Assembly (NCBI GenBank): GCA_964016885.1
Contig: OZ024741.1
Coordinates: 298,096,001 to 298,160,000, forward strand
From: Eledone cirrhosa
Lineage: Eukaryota
Reading direction: 5' to 3'
DNA length: 64,000 nucleotides
Shown: positions 26,495 through 39,589 of the stretch, piece after piece
How the letters are laid out: each line of letters starts with the position of its first letter
How positions within the stretch are numbered: the first letter of the stretch is position 1
Position numbers and translations under genes: made by a program
Notes under the pieces: generated by a model
Seen by the model: only the letters and a program-made list of their open reading frames with translations
What the model was told of the DNA's origin: nothing
Database searches by the model: none

Positions 26495-26760
26495 AAATTC
26501 GCCAATGAACATCCAATAATCCGACTTCCGCTGCGTCTTTTAAAAGTATCTATCCTTCTCCATTTTTCCTATACTATCGTTATCGAACTCTTATTTTCAT
26601 CAGCGTACTCTCATACTCGACGGTGTGCTTCTGCGCAGTCTATCAAATTCTATTCACAAGGTATTTTTAAGCTTTATCACTTTATTTTTACGTTCACCTA
26701 CAAGAGTTACTCTGAGAAGCTACATTATAGTTGTTAAACAACAATTGTAAGGTATTTCGT
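26495..26760 (+). promoter_or_regulatory. Candidate promoter and first exon of ZNF-C
   Basis: Two CCAAT boxes (26502, 26513), ACTTCCG (26524), CpG enrichment, and possible donors AAG|GTATTT at 26661 and 26752. Confidence 0.3.
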
Positions 26761-28360
26761 AGATGTGTTTCTTGGTAAATGAATTGGTATGAAAATATGT
26801 GTTGAAACGAAGAATTTACATGGTGAACGAGGTATTTTAGTTATAAAAAGCGCTATATTTACTTTCTGTTTTTTCGTGGTGTCTCACAAGCTATGGAAGG
26901 ATTAATGCACTTTCTATCAATTCAACCTTTCTTATTCACCTAAGCAGAATTATACAACGTATATATTTTTTCTATCGATATTATTTTTGTTTAATGAAAG
27001 AAATATTAGCAAATAACACGCCTCTTCCCTGCATTTTTTTTTTTTAAAGATCGATTACAATTCTGCCAAAGAAAAATTTGTTTTCAAAATTTTCATTAAA
27101 AATAATATTACAAGACTTGGTTTCGGAATACGCAGTCGACCGTAAATTTTTCATTTTTTACTTTTTCTTGATTATTTTCCCTGAATTATGTTATAAACAT
27201 CGAATATTGCGAGTCTAAGGGAAAAAGAAAAACACGTGTATAATAATTCAAATTCCACCTAGATCGAAACTTCGCCAATTTTCAGTTTTTAATCACCACC
27301 CAAAATAAATATGGCCGTTTTAGACGTCATGTGTGTATAATATCAACATCGTCATTTTATGTCCGGTTTTCATGCTGGCATGCGTTGTACGATTTGCCAG
27401 TCGAGTCGAATGATCACGTCTCGTTAGTAGATATGGTTATCAGAGACATAACCGAATTAGTAAACACTTGTTAATCGATGGGGTCTGTGTTGGCTATTTG
27501 TTCCCTAGGAAAATTCATTGTTTGAAAAATAAGATTTGCAAATGGTATTAGGGCTCACACGTGTTTCATTCTTGGATCGAGTGACGCGTTGCTGTTATAT
27601 GACAGGCGGGCCCCTATAATCAAAACTCCATAGAAACCTCCAATACGATGCAACATCCTAAGAGGCCATGTAAACTTGTATAGGTGTGAGCTATAAATTA
27701 CATTTTTATAGTATGAGGTCTGTTGTAAAGGTATCTGACCTTAAGCTAGGGGAAAAATTACGTATACTGTGGGGTTCAATTGCTAATCCCATTCGAAGTA
27801 GGCCCCTTGTGCCCCCACATACTATATGTATAAAATAAAATTAACGTATTCTACAAGTCCCTAGAGATAAGGATGGTCATAGCTGGAAGTCTTTTCATTA
27901 TAGGCCTACCTATAGCTGACATAAGGAGTAAACCACATCGAAGAAAGCTGTTTTTGCTACCAAACAAAGGGTCAGGAGGACCCTTCGGTTGTGCCATAGA
28001 CACGACAACTCTTGTGTTGGTTGGTGGCTTACACCATAAATACAGTACACTGTAAAGTGGTTGATGGTATGAAAGAAAGCTAGCTGTAGAAAACCTGCCA
28101 AATGGGGTTGGAAGGACTCCACAGCTGTCTCAAGGACATAACTTCTCTCGTGTTGGTGTCACAAATTGCACTTGGTTGTATGTCTGACCCTCAGCCTACA
28201 TGGAGGTAAGTGACACCACTTGAATACTGACACATTCAACTCTTGCTAACAGGGAAACTAAACAACGATGGTAATGATGATGATATTCTGTAATTTAAAT
28301 CTGAATGTGTGGCTGTATAGTCGGCAAATATGTAGATCTCGTACAAGGTTATTTGATATA

Positions 28361-30922
28361 GGGCAAATGGAGGCATTAAGCACCACACGTTTTTTTTTTT
28401 TTTTAAATGTTTAAGCCATAGTAGGGAAAGCTAAACAAACTAATCAGAACAAACACATTGTTGTCAATAAAACTACAGCAAATTTATTGAAAAAATACAT
28501 AATTTATTTTAAAACAGTGACCTTTAAACTGGGGTCTATTATTACCCATAGGGTTCTATAGAAATAGTGGACAGCTTCCGTTACCTGGGCGATAAAATCA
28601 GCAGTGGGGGAGGGTGCTCTGAAAGTACTGTAGCTAGAGTCAGAACTGGTTGGAAAAAGTTCAGAGAGCTTATACCACTATTAGCTGCTAAAGGGTTCTC
28701 ACTAAAAATGAAAGGCAGGTTGTACGATGCCTGCATACGAACAGCAATGCTGCATGGCAGTGAGACCTGGGCATTGTGTGCAGAGGATATACGCAGACTA
28801 GAGAGGAACGAAGCTTGCATGCTCCGCTGGATGTGTAACAGTAATATACGTGAACGGCAAAGCATAAACGAACTAAGGAATAAATTAGAGATAAGAGGGA
28901 TCAGATGTTGTTTACTCGAGAGAAGGCTACGTTGGTATGGACACGTGATGCGCATGAAAGTCGATAGCTGTATAACAAAGTGCAGGGCAATAAAGATAGA
29001 CGGTAGTCACGGAATAGGCAGACCTAGAAAAACCTGGGACGAGCTGATAAACTCCGACATCACACACTTACACCTCTCCAAGACAATGTCACTGGACCGA
29101 GACCTTTGGCGGTACTCAGTAACAGAGAAGACCCGCCTTACCTAAATATATAGTAAAACCTACTCCAGCCAGTAGGCATCTCTAACAAATACACCCCGTC
29201 CCACCACCCCCACCCGATCCACACCCCCCCGTTCTATGTAAAGTTATGTTGGTGCCGCGCCATCGAGGCCGAAACAAATGAGATCGTGTAGGTGTCACGA
29301 CAAAAAAACACACAGTCCACGCTGTAATGTGGCCGTGTAGGCAACACGGTAAAAACCTCCCAGACCCACACTGTAAATGTGGTTGGTGTTAGGAAGGGCA
29401 TCCAACTGTAGAAAACCTGCCAGACAGTCCTATGCGAGCAAGACAATCACTCTTGCCTCAAGTGGGACTACCCCCGTCCAAACCCATGCAAGCGTGGAAC
29501 ACGGACGTTAAACGCTGATGATGATGATGATGATGACCTGTGGGATTTAAGGCCCTAGTCTCAAGACAAAAGTTCATGATGTTTTAATTCCAATTTAGGC
29601 CTACTGGGTATAGTTATTGCACATCCATTTCTCCTTCCCATCTCCCCTGGAGTGGAACGGAAACCAACACAGTTCGTTGAATATTTGTTCAGGCAACCAA
29701 TTCATTCCTGCCTGTGAAAGTTCCTTGTCTAATAAATCAAACCAGACCCTCACAACCTCAGCATTTGTGCACGGCTCCTAGCTGAGCTCAGTTGTTCTGT
29801 CTTGCAGGGAGCAATTGATGGATAACGTAAAAATCCATCCAACAAATCACAGCTTGGGTGATTGTTTGTGAAGGGGGTCTCCATACAATGATATGTACAA
29901 AAATCCTGAACCAGATCCTTAACCTCAGCCTTGTTGAAGTCCCATCCCCAACCTGCTATAAGTTTCAAGCATTCTGCGAGCTCCAATTCTTGATCAGGGG
30001 ATAAAGTGCATGTCTTCCCACATGCGCATTAATCAGAATTTCTTCTCTAACCCTCTGCAGAAGAGACTTCTTACAAACACCTAAGTATTTGGCTGCCTGA
30101 GTTGTAGGCATTAGCCTTTTCCTGCCACCCTCAGTCTTGTACCATCTGAAGGGAAAAAATAGGGGGCATTTTTTATTATTTACACAATAAAAACTAAATA
30201 AACCAAGCAAGGAATGTTTCTTTGCTTGCATATAGGTATAAATGCCCCACAATCCAATTTTACCTGAGTGTTTGTGTGTTCTGATGGCTAGACATCATTT
30301 GTGACAAGAAATCTCTTGGGAGCATTAGGTACCAGACATTTTTAAATGACATAAATGTTAGGCTATAGAACCCCCCCCCAATATCTATTTATATTCATAC
30401 TATACTTGAAGAAAATAAAAACAGCCACCATGCATATTTTCTGATTATTTTCGGGTGTCCTAAAAAATATTACTATGGCGGCCATTTTTTTCTTTATCCC
30501 TAATTAGATCTGATTAGACAAACACTACCCTTACCCATTTCTTATTTATGTAAATAATTGTTTTTACTTTTGGCACAAGGCCAGCAATTACCTCAGTGCA
30601 TTACTGGTGCTTTACTTTATCGACCCTGTGAGGATGAAAGTCAAAGCTAACCTCAGTTGGATTTGAACTCAGAATGTAAAATGCCATAAAGTCTGATGCT
30701 CTGCCAATACCCAAATAAAGTATAAGAACTTACCTTAATATTTTAACAGACTTCTGACAATTTCTTTTTAATCTGTAAACAGTGAAATGGTGAAACAACT
30801 TCCTTTTCAAGAAAAACACATTCTAATTGTTTTTGGCATTAAATTTATACTTGGCTGATGTGCCAAGTATAAATATATGGTGGAGTTTAATGTCTCCTGG
30901 GGCTTAATACCTCCATTTGCCC
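28361..30922 (-). mobile_element. pogo/Fot1-like DNA transposon, internally deleted, with nested RTE and SINE
   Basis: TA|gggcaaatggaggcattaagc ... gcttaatacctccatttgccc|TA TIRs. Transposase N-terminus ELAECLK..AGWG..VKDLV...TPFTNN.P..D...F..KTEQLSSAR (29750-30145). Confidence 0.8.
28546..29535 (+). mobile_element. 5'-truncated RTE LINE with intact 3' end and (GAT)n tail
   Basis: ORF 28567-29145 (MLHGSETW...RLRWYGHV...GRPRKTW), then 3'UTR and a GAT-repeat tail. Confidence 0.9.
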
Positions 30923-31040
30923 TAATTTTCACAAGTTAAAAAGTAAAGTTGAATTATTTGGGTAAAGGTTTATTTATACACTTTTTTCTGTATAGGAATG
31001 TAGTAATTTTCCACTTTTTAAAGTATTTTGTATGTCTTAT

Positions 31041-31061
31041 ACTGTTTCTCTATTTTTTCAG
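31041..31061 (+). other. Conserved splice acceptor of the ZNF-C coding exon
   Basis: actgtttctctattttttcag|gtgacattg; the homologous acceptor ctgtttctctattatttcag lies at 53790 (-) upstream of ZNF-E. Confidence 0.65.
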
Positions 31062-31372
31062 GTGACATTGACATAAAAGAATTTTTTACTTCAGATACAT
31101 CATCAGTATTTATCATCTTTCAGACGTTATATGAAACACATACAACCCTGTTAGATAAATCTACAATAGAATTCTTGCGAAATATTTCCCGAGATAAATA
31201 GCAAAATCTCTCTACTCTCCGGAATGTATACAAGGATGATTTTGCATACTAATTAAACTGAAATTTACGAAGGCGTTTGCACCATCTTCAGATACCAATA
31301 ATCACAATAGAAATTTTTAAGAATAAAAGAAAAGGGAAACAAAATATATTGAGGTGTGGAGAAGAAAAGAAT

Positions 31373-32140
31373 ATGGAAAATAAATTATGTGAGAAAACAG
31401 TTAAAAGTAATACACGGTCAAAAAAGATTGAATTTCTGAATGAGATGCCAAAAGAGATAGGCAAAATATATTACTGTGATATATGTAAAAGATCATTCTC
31501 TCAAAAAGGTAACCTCATTACTCACAAACGTACTCATACAGGAGAAAGGCCTTATCACTGTGTAATTTGTGGAAAATTTTTCTCTCAAAGATCCAGTTTA
31601 ACTACTCACAAACGCATTCATACGGGAGAGAAACCATACCACTGTGATATCTGTAATAAATCATTTTCTGTAATAGGTAACCTAACTACTCATAAACGCA
31701 TTCATACAGGAGAGAAGCCATACCACTGTGATATCTGTGGTAAATCATTTTCTGGAAGGAGTGACTTAACTATACACAAACGCATGCATACAGGAGAGAA
31801 GCCATACCGTTGTAGCATCTGTGGTAAATCTTTCACTGGAAATCGTGATTTAACTACTCATAATCGTATTCATACAGGTGAAAAACCTTATCACTGTGAT
31901 ATCTGTGGTAATTTATTCTCACAAAGATCTAGCTTAACTACTCACTTACATATTCATACAGGAGAAAAACCATATCATTGTGATACATGTGGTAAATCAT
32001 TCTCTGCACCAGGTAACTTAACTACTCATAAACGCATCCATACTAAAGAGAAACCACATTGTTGTGATATCTGTGGTAAATCATTTTCTCGAACTGGTGA
32101 TTTAATTACTCACATACGCATTCATACAGGTGAGAAGTAA
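31373..32140 (+). CDS. C2H2 zinc finger protein ZNF-C, 8 fingers
   Basis: First ATG at 31373 (MENKLCEK). Eight fingers, followed by decayed fingers after the stop to ~32320. Confidence 0.88.
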   Translation: MENKLCEKTVKSNTRSKKIEFLNEMPKEIGKIYYCDICKRSFSQKGNLITHKRTHTGERPYHCVICGKFFSQRSSLTTHKRIHTGEKPYHCDICNKSFSVIGNLTTHKRIHTGEKPYHCDICGKSFSGRSDLTIHKRMHTGEKPYRCSICGKSFTGNRDLTTHNRIHTGEKPYHCDICGNLFSQRSSLTTHLHIHTGEKPYHCDTCGKSFSAPGNLTTHKRIHTKEKPHCCDICGKSFSRTGDLITHIRIHTGEK

Positions 32141-33164
32141 TAGCTGTGGTAAATGATTTAACTATACATAAACATTCATACAGAAGGAATAACCTCATCA
32201 CTCATATCTGTGGTAAATCATTCTCTCAAAGATCTAGCTTAATTTGACACAAATATATTCATTTATACATACATAGGAGGACGCTATATAATTGATATCT
32301 AGTAAAAAAAAAAAATTCTCTTCACAACAAATCATCACATTTTAAAAAACGTTTGTCATATTATGTTTGAGGTTCAGAATCTTCAAACCTCACCACTTGT
32401 GAATATTTTGGATAAAATGAAATTTATTTTGCAATTAAATCTCTTTCTTGTCATATATAGAACATCTCACCAAAATTTGTACTAACAACCATAAACTATA
32501 GTAACTAACTATATCTATATTCATGCACTTACAACTGCAGTGAAGCATCACAACTTCACTGTCTAGCCTTGGCCTCTCTGATATGGTTACTTTAAGATAT
32601 TTCCTCAACTTTCATTTCAAATGCTGCAAAGCTATTAGCACACTACAATAATCAAATATAACCTCTACTTCAACAACCCAGATGAGATTCTGTCTGTTAC
32701 ACTTCTACTATGATTGCTCTTGTCGACAGCACACCTGACTATTATTACAGCCAACACATTGCCAATCACCAATTGTGTTATAAACCACATATGTGTCATT
32801 ACCATTAGTATAGTAATGACACATGATTCTGTGGAGAGTATTTTAACATATTTTTGGCTTTGAGAATGTGAAAATAATTTTAAAATAATAAATTCAAAAA
32901 GACAAGATTTAAGAGTTAAAATATAGTTTGTTTCATTGTATGGGAGTTTCAGTGGCACAAATATATTTATTCTGAGACTTAAGACTATACTCATTTGTTA
33001 GTTTTAATCAGATAAATGGCAGGCCAGTTTAAAAGGCTGGCAGAATTTTATGCTCATGGTAGGACATCCACACAAACTTTCTTCATTTCAGACACAGGAA
33101 ACCAGAACCAATCCACCCACACTCAAAAACTATCCTCCTCCATGTAAGTTCTAAAACTTCAGGG

Positions 33165-33700
33165 CTGACACAATGAACATTCGTCAGGTGAGATTGTAGA
33201 AATACTAGAGGAAGAGGCTCTGCCAGACTTTTCAGTACAAGTTTTTCTTTGCGAATAAGTCGTCATTTGGATTGGGTTAGGCAGACATTGTTAGCAGAAA
33301 AGTGAGTTGAGGAGGTCGTAAAAGTTAGTGGTAAGATCATTAAACTGAAGCTAGTCATTGATAAAACAGCAACACTTATCTTGGCATATGAATTAAAGGA
33401 CAACCTCTATGGAGTCACTTATGCAGATAACTTTGTTAACGATGGCTGGCAATTTTAATGAACATGTTGGTCAACACTGAAGGCTTCCTATGGAAGCTTT
33501 TGATTTAGTACAAGAAATGCGTTCAGTCATATCAATGATCTGCAATCCTGACTTCAGCAAACTAGCCATTCACCTAATCACCTGCAAGCCAGATAGATTT
33601 TCTTCTCATTAGAAATCAAGATAGACAGTCAGTTGTAAATACAAAGTACCTCTTTCGTGAAAAGTGTATCACCCAAAATAATTTACTGTTTAGTAACGTA
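33165..33700 (+). mobile_element. RTE APE fragment, highly decayed
   Basis: RSGEIVEILE, AGNFNEHVG and HLIT..SQID remnants. Confidence 0.55.
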
Positions 33701-35524
33701 ACAGCATTTGTGGTGCTCCTACCAAACTAGCTAAGCAGGTGGGTGTAGCGTGACATGATAGTACTATTTTATCACTAGCGTAATTTAGTCTTGCTTTTTC
33801 AGTTGCCAGCTCTATAAGATTGGTCACAGATGAATACAAATAACCACTTCCGCCCAGCAGTAGAATACACCTTTTTCGAAATTAGCAAGAAGTTACAGCC
33901 TGGACGTTGATAGGGCAATAGCTTGTTATTCGCATTCCCACTTTTGATTTTTCTCTCCGTGAAGAGTAGTGCATTAGACAGCCTTTCAGAGATTTATCGT
34001 CTATCTGTCAACTTATTTTATCAAATATTCCAATCCCTTACGGATGAAACATTATCATTCCTATAACCAGCTTTGGAAATTTTACCAACTTTAATAGTAA
34101 TGATAAATTAGTGCCTGTCTCACTACATTTTTAGCCAACCTAAATCATTTATTTCACTGATATCTTCACAGAGAAAACTTTGCTACATACACATTGTACA
34201 TGTTCAAACAAATTAAAAGTAAATTATTTTTGTATGAAAACTAAACTACACTTTCTGATATATTTTTTGAACCATTGGAACACTTCAACATCTCCATCTT
34301 GCTAAAGTGATAATTCTTACGTCAAGAATTTCCAAAGTGGTGACATCTGGCTATGTTGCTTTAGAAATTGCCATGGAATAAGTAAGATTACCAATGGTAA
34401 AGCAAGCAGTGGACCAACTAAGTCAAACTATTCAGGAAGAGTTTATATGGTTAAAGTGTGAAGAGTTTGTAATTTCCCAAATGTATAATATGGGTAAAAC
34501 TGTTCTAGTGGTTTTCACTGCCCCAAACTATTGAAGTTTTTAAGAATAAAGCTTCGAAACTTGGTCGTAAATAAGGAACATTTTAGTGGTGTTGTGTTGT
34601 TTGAATGCAGATTGTATGCACCTTTTAAAGACTAGTGGTAGGAGTGTTAACATCCACAAATTTTGAAAGACAATGCACTAGTTACTGATGTATAATTACA
34701 ATTCCAAGAAATAGTTCTTTCATGACTAGTTTTTCTTGAATTTCAGTACTCCAGTGCATAACTGGAAGATTTCCTATGTTGGTGTGGTGAAAGCACTACT
34801 AACATTGGTCATTGCACCTGCTCATTTTGGCAATCATCAACATGTCAGTAATGTTGGTAATATAAAGTACATGTTCTTGCCACTTAATATTACCTCCATG
34901 ATCCAGGTAAAATTGTAGCCTTCATCATGTTTCATTGTTTTTAAATCTAAAATACATATATTTGACAATGCCCAAATTATTGGACTCTTAGTTTTAAAGC
35001 TATCTTAGACAACTTAACATAAAATATGAAAAAAACTTCAAAATTAGAACTGAATCACAGGAAAAAACAAAATGCAAAATGAATTCACTATGGCAGTGTC
35101 GGACAATATGAATTGCCGCATACAGTAACACTTTTACATTCTGAGTTCAAATCCCGCAGGGGTAGCTTTGCCTTTCATCCTTACGGGGTCGATAAAATAA
35201 AACACCAGTAACACCACTGGTCAATTTAATCAACTTTCACCATCCTTTTAAGTTGCTGACCTTGTACCTAAAGTACTGGAAGTGAAAGGCCCCCAGTTGT
35301 CACAACACCTTTCTAAGAGACTGAAAAAAACCCTGCGGCTTCGGAAGCATCCGATGATGTTGACAAGTTCTCCTTTTCGGGTAGTGTTTTCGATGCTCAG
35401 AGAGTGGGATTGGTCGAGTGCAAGGCCTTCTACTTAAAAAACCTTTCAAAGCACAGACATTGTTCAGGATCTTTTACAAGCGATTGCAATACTATTAGCA
35501 GAGTCTGCAGCCATCATATATATA

Positions 35525-37055
35525 TAAAGAAAAGACAGGTTCTATGAGTCGCTAATGCTCACTACCTCCCAAATAACCGACAGTGACTACATAATTATTG
35601 CTGGCGACCTAAATGGTCATATTAGACAACATTGTGATGGATATGACGGAATCCATGGAGGCTATAGGTTTGGTACTAGAAATTAGGAAGGCTTCAGAAT
35701 CCTGGAATTCTGTCACACAAATAACCTGACTATCTGTAACAAACTTCAAAAAACGAAATAATCACTCGATCACCTATAAATCAGGGAAACACGCCAGTCA
35801 GATAGATTATATCCTTACCAGAAGATGTGACAGAGTGTCTGTTGTAAACACTAAATCTCTCCCCCGTGAAGAATGCACTTCCAAATATAGCCTAATAGTT
35901 AGTGACCTCATTGTCAGGACTAGACATACTCGACGACAGAGGAAGATTACTTTGAGGAGAAGAATATGGAAGTTGAAGAACCCCACAGCTAGTGACAAAT
36001 TTAAAAGCATATTACTTGATGCTTTTGACAGCAAGGAAGAGCAATTAGAGATGTACAGTATAGAGGAACAGTGGGAAATTCTTGAAAGTTAACCTGCTGA
36101 AGGCGACATGGAATCTGTGGCTGGAGCAGACCTATAGGCAGGAGGAAAGTAACTTGGTGGTGGAGGAGATAATCAAGGCCAAAAAGCAGACTTGGAAAGT
36201 ATGGGGGAAGTAGAGAACACTATCAAGTGGCCAGGAGAGAAGATAGGAGACAAGTGTACCTTGCAAGAAGGGAAGCAGAGGATAGCAATTTCAAGCATGT
36301 TCTACAACGCGAGGACCAAAAACGTGAGGTGTTCAGGATCGCAAGGAAAACTGTGATATTGTCGGGGAGAAGTGTGTCCGTAATGATGACGGTGTACTTG
36401 CCTTCACTGATGCTGATGGAAGTGTCACTACTAGAGACTACTAAATGAGGAGAATAAATAGGAAAAAGATAGTCTGCCCCAAATCGATCCAATAGAGGGA
36501 CCAGCAGTGCAAGTTGATGGTGGTATAATAAGTAAGGCAATCAAAGATATGAAGACAGGCAAGGTAGCTGGGCTTTTGGAGATTGTTGCTGAGATGTTGA
36601 AGGCGTCTGGAATGGTGGGACATACTATGGTCACCCGTATAGTTAACCAAGTAATACAGAATGGGGTCATACGAAATGACTGGCGTAGCAGCATCATCAT
36701 TAAATGCTACAAGGGTAAAGGAGATGCTCTAGATAGGGGAAACTATAGAGGCATTGAGTTAGTTGACCAGGTCATGAGGGTCACAGAAAGAGTTATTTCA
36801 CAACTAATCAGAGATCGAATTGATCTAGATGAAATGCAGTTTGGGTTTGTGTCAGGTAAAAGTACCACAGATGTTCTTTTCCTTGTACGACAACGACAGG
36901 AGAAGTACCTAGCTAAAAGTAAACCCCTCTACTTAACTTTTGTTGACATGGAGAAAGCCTTTGACAGAGTCCCCTGCTCCATTATCTGGTGGGCCCTTAG
37001 AAAACTAGGTGTAGATGAATGGCTTGTGAGAGCTATCCAAGTCATGTATAAAGAA
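35525..37055 (+). mobile_element. RTE LINE ORF2 fragment (APE through mid-RT)
   Basis: IIAGDLNGH, ORFs 35835-36092 and 36507-37166 (GNYRGIEL, QFGF, FVDMEKAFDRV). Homology breaks at ~37055. Confidence 0.88.
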
Positions 37056-37577
37056 ACAGAACCATGTGGAAGGAAAGAAGGGTGGACCCAGTGCCCACCC
37101 AGGAAACTCAAACAGACCCAGGCACCCCCCACCAGGCCTGGCGGAAGACCACCATATAACACGTAACGGGAACCCCACACTAGGCACGCAGAGGTCAACC
37201 ACCTTCTGCAACTGCAGAAACCCTGAATTATGCCCCCTTAGTAATGAATGCCTTAGGAAGAACCTAGTATACGGATGTAGAGTAAAAACCCGCAACTCTG
37301 AACACCTTTACATAGGAGCCACATCAACAAGCTTTAAAGACTGATGGTATAACCATCGCCATTCCTTCAATAGAGAGGACAAAAGGAAAAGTACAGCTCT
37401 TTCCGAACTGATCTGGAAGCTTAAGCTGGACAGGACCACATACTCTCTGGCCTGGTCCATAATCAGGAAAGTACCACCTGATAAAGGGGGATCTGGCATC
37501 TGCAAACTTTGTCTGAGCGAGACCCTCGAGATACTAAGAGGTGGAAGCAGACTGATAAACCTCAGGACCAACTTCTT

Positions 37578-37860
37578 TGGGACATATAGACACCTCAGGG
37601 CCGGGACCTTCCTCAAGCTATATGGACAGTAACAACACACTGGCATGTGAACTCCCCTCAACCTATAGGGGCTTCTCCAGAACATGTAGACACCTCAGGG
37701 CCGGACCTCCCTCAAGCTATATGGATAGTAACAACACCATAGGTTGGGAACTCCCCTCAAGATACAGGGACCCATCTGGGACGTGCAGACACCTCAGGGC
37801 CGGGACCTTCCTCAAGCTATATGGATAATAACAAAACATTGGCATGGGAACTTTCCTCTA
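37578..37860 (+). repeat. Three tandem ~99-bp repeats
   Basis: agacacctcagggccgg recurs at 37588, 37688 and 37787. Confidence 0.9.
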
Positions 37861-39010
37861 GCTTTAAAGACAGCAGCCCCTCCATACCACTGCCTCGATT
37901 GACCCCTGTGACAACACATACCTATGCATATGTCCATACATAGATACTGTTATTTAAGATTGTACATGCACAGATACTTACATGTGTGTGTGTGGGTGGG
38001 TGGGTGTACGTGGGTGTGTGTGCGTCTGTGGATTTAGAGTGTGTGCTTTGGGGATGCACCTGGGCCTGTTCCTGTGCGTGTGTGCTTGGAACGATGTGAG
38101 TTGACATACACGCATATGAGCTCCATGCCAAAATGGGAACTGTAGTCTTCTGCATTTCCGGATTTTGACACTCGGGTTATGGGGTAGTACACTCCAAACT
38201 TGCCTCATTTGCTCTTAAAACGCACCACACCATGATAGTCAAAAGAGTGATTCTGACACAGCCTTTCTAATTCTGTCCACATCTTCCAAATCTTTCTAAC
38301 TTTAAGATTGGTTATAACACACACACATTTTATTTAATTATCTTATTTTATTCCTTTATCATCTTATTCCTTCTACTATTTTATAATTTTTTTGTTTGTT
38401 TATTTATTTGCTTATATTATTTTACTTTATATTATTTTATTTTATTTTACTCTACTTTACTTTTTTATTTCTTTATTTTATTCTTATTTTTTAGTCTTTT
38501 ACCTTTCCATTTCATTTTATTGTTCTCTTCATTTTTTTATTTTTTATTTTATTTTCTTCCTTTTATTGCCTGTTATTTTTACTGTATCTTATTTCTTCAT
38601 ATGCTTGACACAACCCCCCCCCCCCCACCATGAGAAATGGTGGCAGGATAGATGCCAGCACACACAGATCCTTCTAAAATCATCAGCAGCCGGACTTAAG
38701 CTGACCCCAGCACCAACACCACTACCAACATAAGGGAAGAGGTCAGATGTACTTAACAATAACTAAAACAACCACTACAGATTGCCTCGCCTCAGAAAGA
38801 ATTTCTAAAGACTTTTTACTGAGGAATGTTCTCACAACTGACCAATGGGGGAAGAGGATGTCCTTTGACGCTGAAATTCGTTTGTTTGAATTCATATGAT
38901 TCCAATTCCTCAGAGAAATAACAACCCAGACAGGAACTGGGCATATCAGAGTATTGACGAAGTTAAACACCTCAACAACATGTGGACTCGTCTCTACCAC
39001 ACTAATTCGG

Positions 39011-39064
39011 ACTGCCTGAAGAGGTCACAGCCAAAGATGTATACTGAAATATATATATAGCAGT
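39011..39064 (+). ncRNA. Minimal type I hammerhead ribozyme candidate (Penelope pLTR type)
   Basis: actgc-CTGAAGA-ggtcaca..tgtatact-GAAA-tatatatata-gcagt-AATAAA, with a perfect 5-bp stem I and palindromic stem III. Confidence 0.6.
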
Positions 39065-39589
39065 AATAAACGAAGCCAAATTTTAAATATTTGACTTATT
39101 TATTTTATTTTACATTACTCCGTAGTAACCAAACCAACCTGCGCACTTCGTCGAGTGCTCCAATCTGCATTCTAAGGTGTCGGTAAACAACCAACATATA
39201 CTCAACACATATATATATATATATATATAATACATATAACGAAGGAAGTGTGGTAAGCAACCAGGTAGACCATAGCCCACCAGAGTACTCAATACTTACA
39301 TACACACATATACATACATACATACACACATATGTATATACGTAGATATGGTCATAGATATATAGGTTTATTATATACTTAAATATATTAATAGTCACAT
39401 CGCTTTAAGACAGAAGAGTGTCGTTCGATTTCTATTTTTAGCAGGTTGTATGACTAAGTAGTCTTCTTCGTTCACACGTAATATTGCCAGGTGTATGTTT
39501 CTTTGAATTACAAAGTATTGATACCAAATTAGTATAACTGAAGTTGTTTCTAAATGGAAACTAATTCTCTTGCTTTCGCGTGTAATTTA

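Larger units (their letters stand above)
37060..39080 (+). mobile_element. Penelope-like element 3' part (CNCR..CPL..C zinc finger and GIY-YIG, Naiad-like) with long 3' UTR
   Basis: CNCRNPELCPLSNECL..NLVY....YIGATSTSFKD*WYNH..SF....STALSELIWKLK...CKLCLSE...YRH. Ends in a hammerhead-like motif and AATAAA. Including 37900-39000 in the element is inferred. Confidence 0.7.

Noticed and set aside
33700-35050. Possible decayed DNA-transposon coding region
   Set aside because: I could not recover a recognisable motif or termini by eye; left unannotated pending blastx.
37342-37344. In-frame TGA in the Naiad-like GIY-YIG as selenocysteine
   Set aside because: It falls at the conserved Arg of FK.RWYNH, consistent with CGA>TGA decay, not at a Cys position. 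No SECIS was identified.
37578-37860. CRISPR-like repeat-spacer array (also 50690-50920)
   Set aside because: The 'spacers' are homologous to each other, there are no cas genes, and the context is eukaryotic TE.
38330-38733. Hydrophobic 113-aa ORF resembling a membrane protein
   Set aside because: It is a translation of T-rich low-complexity sequence with a non-ATG start.
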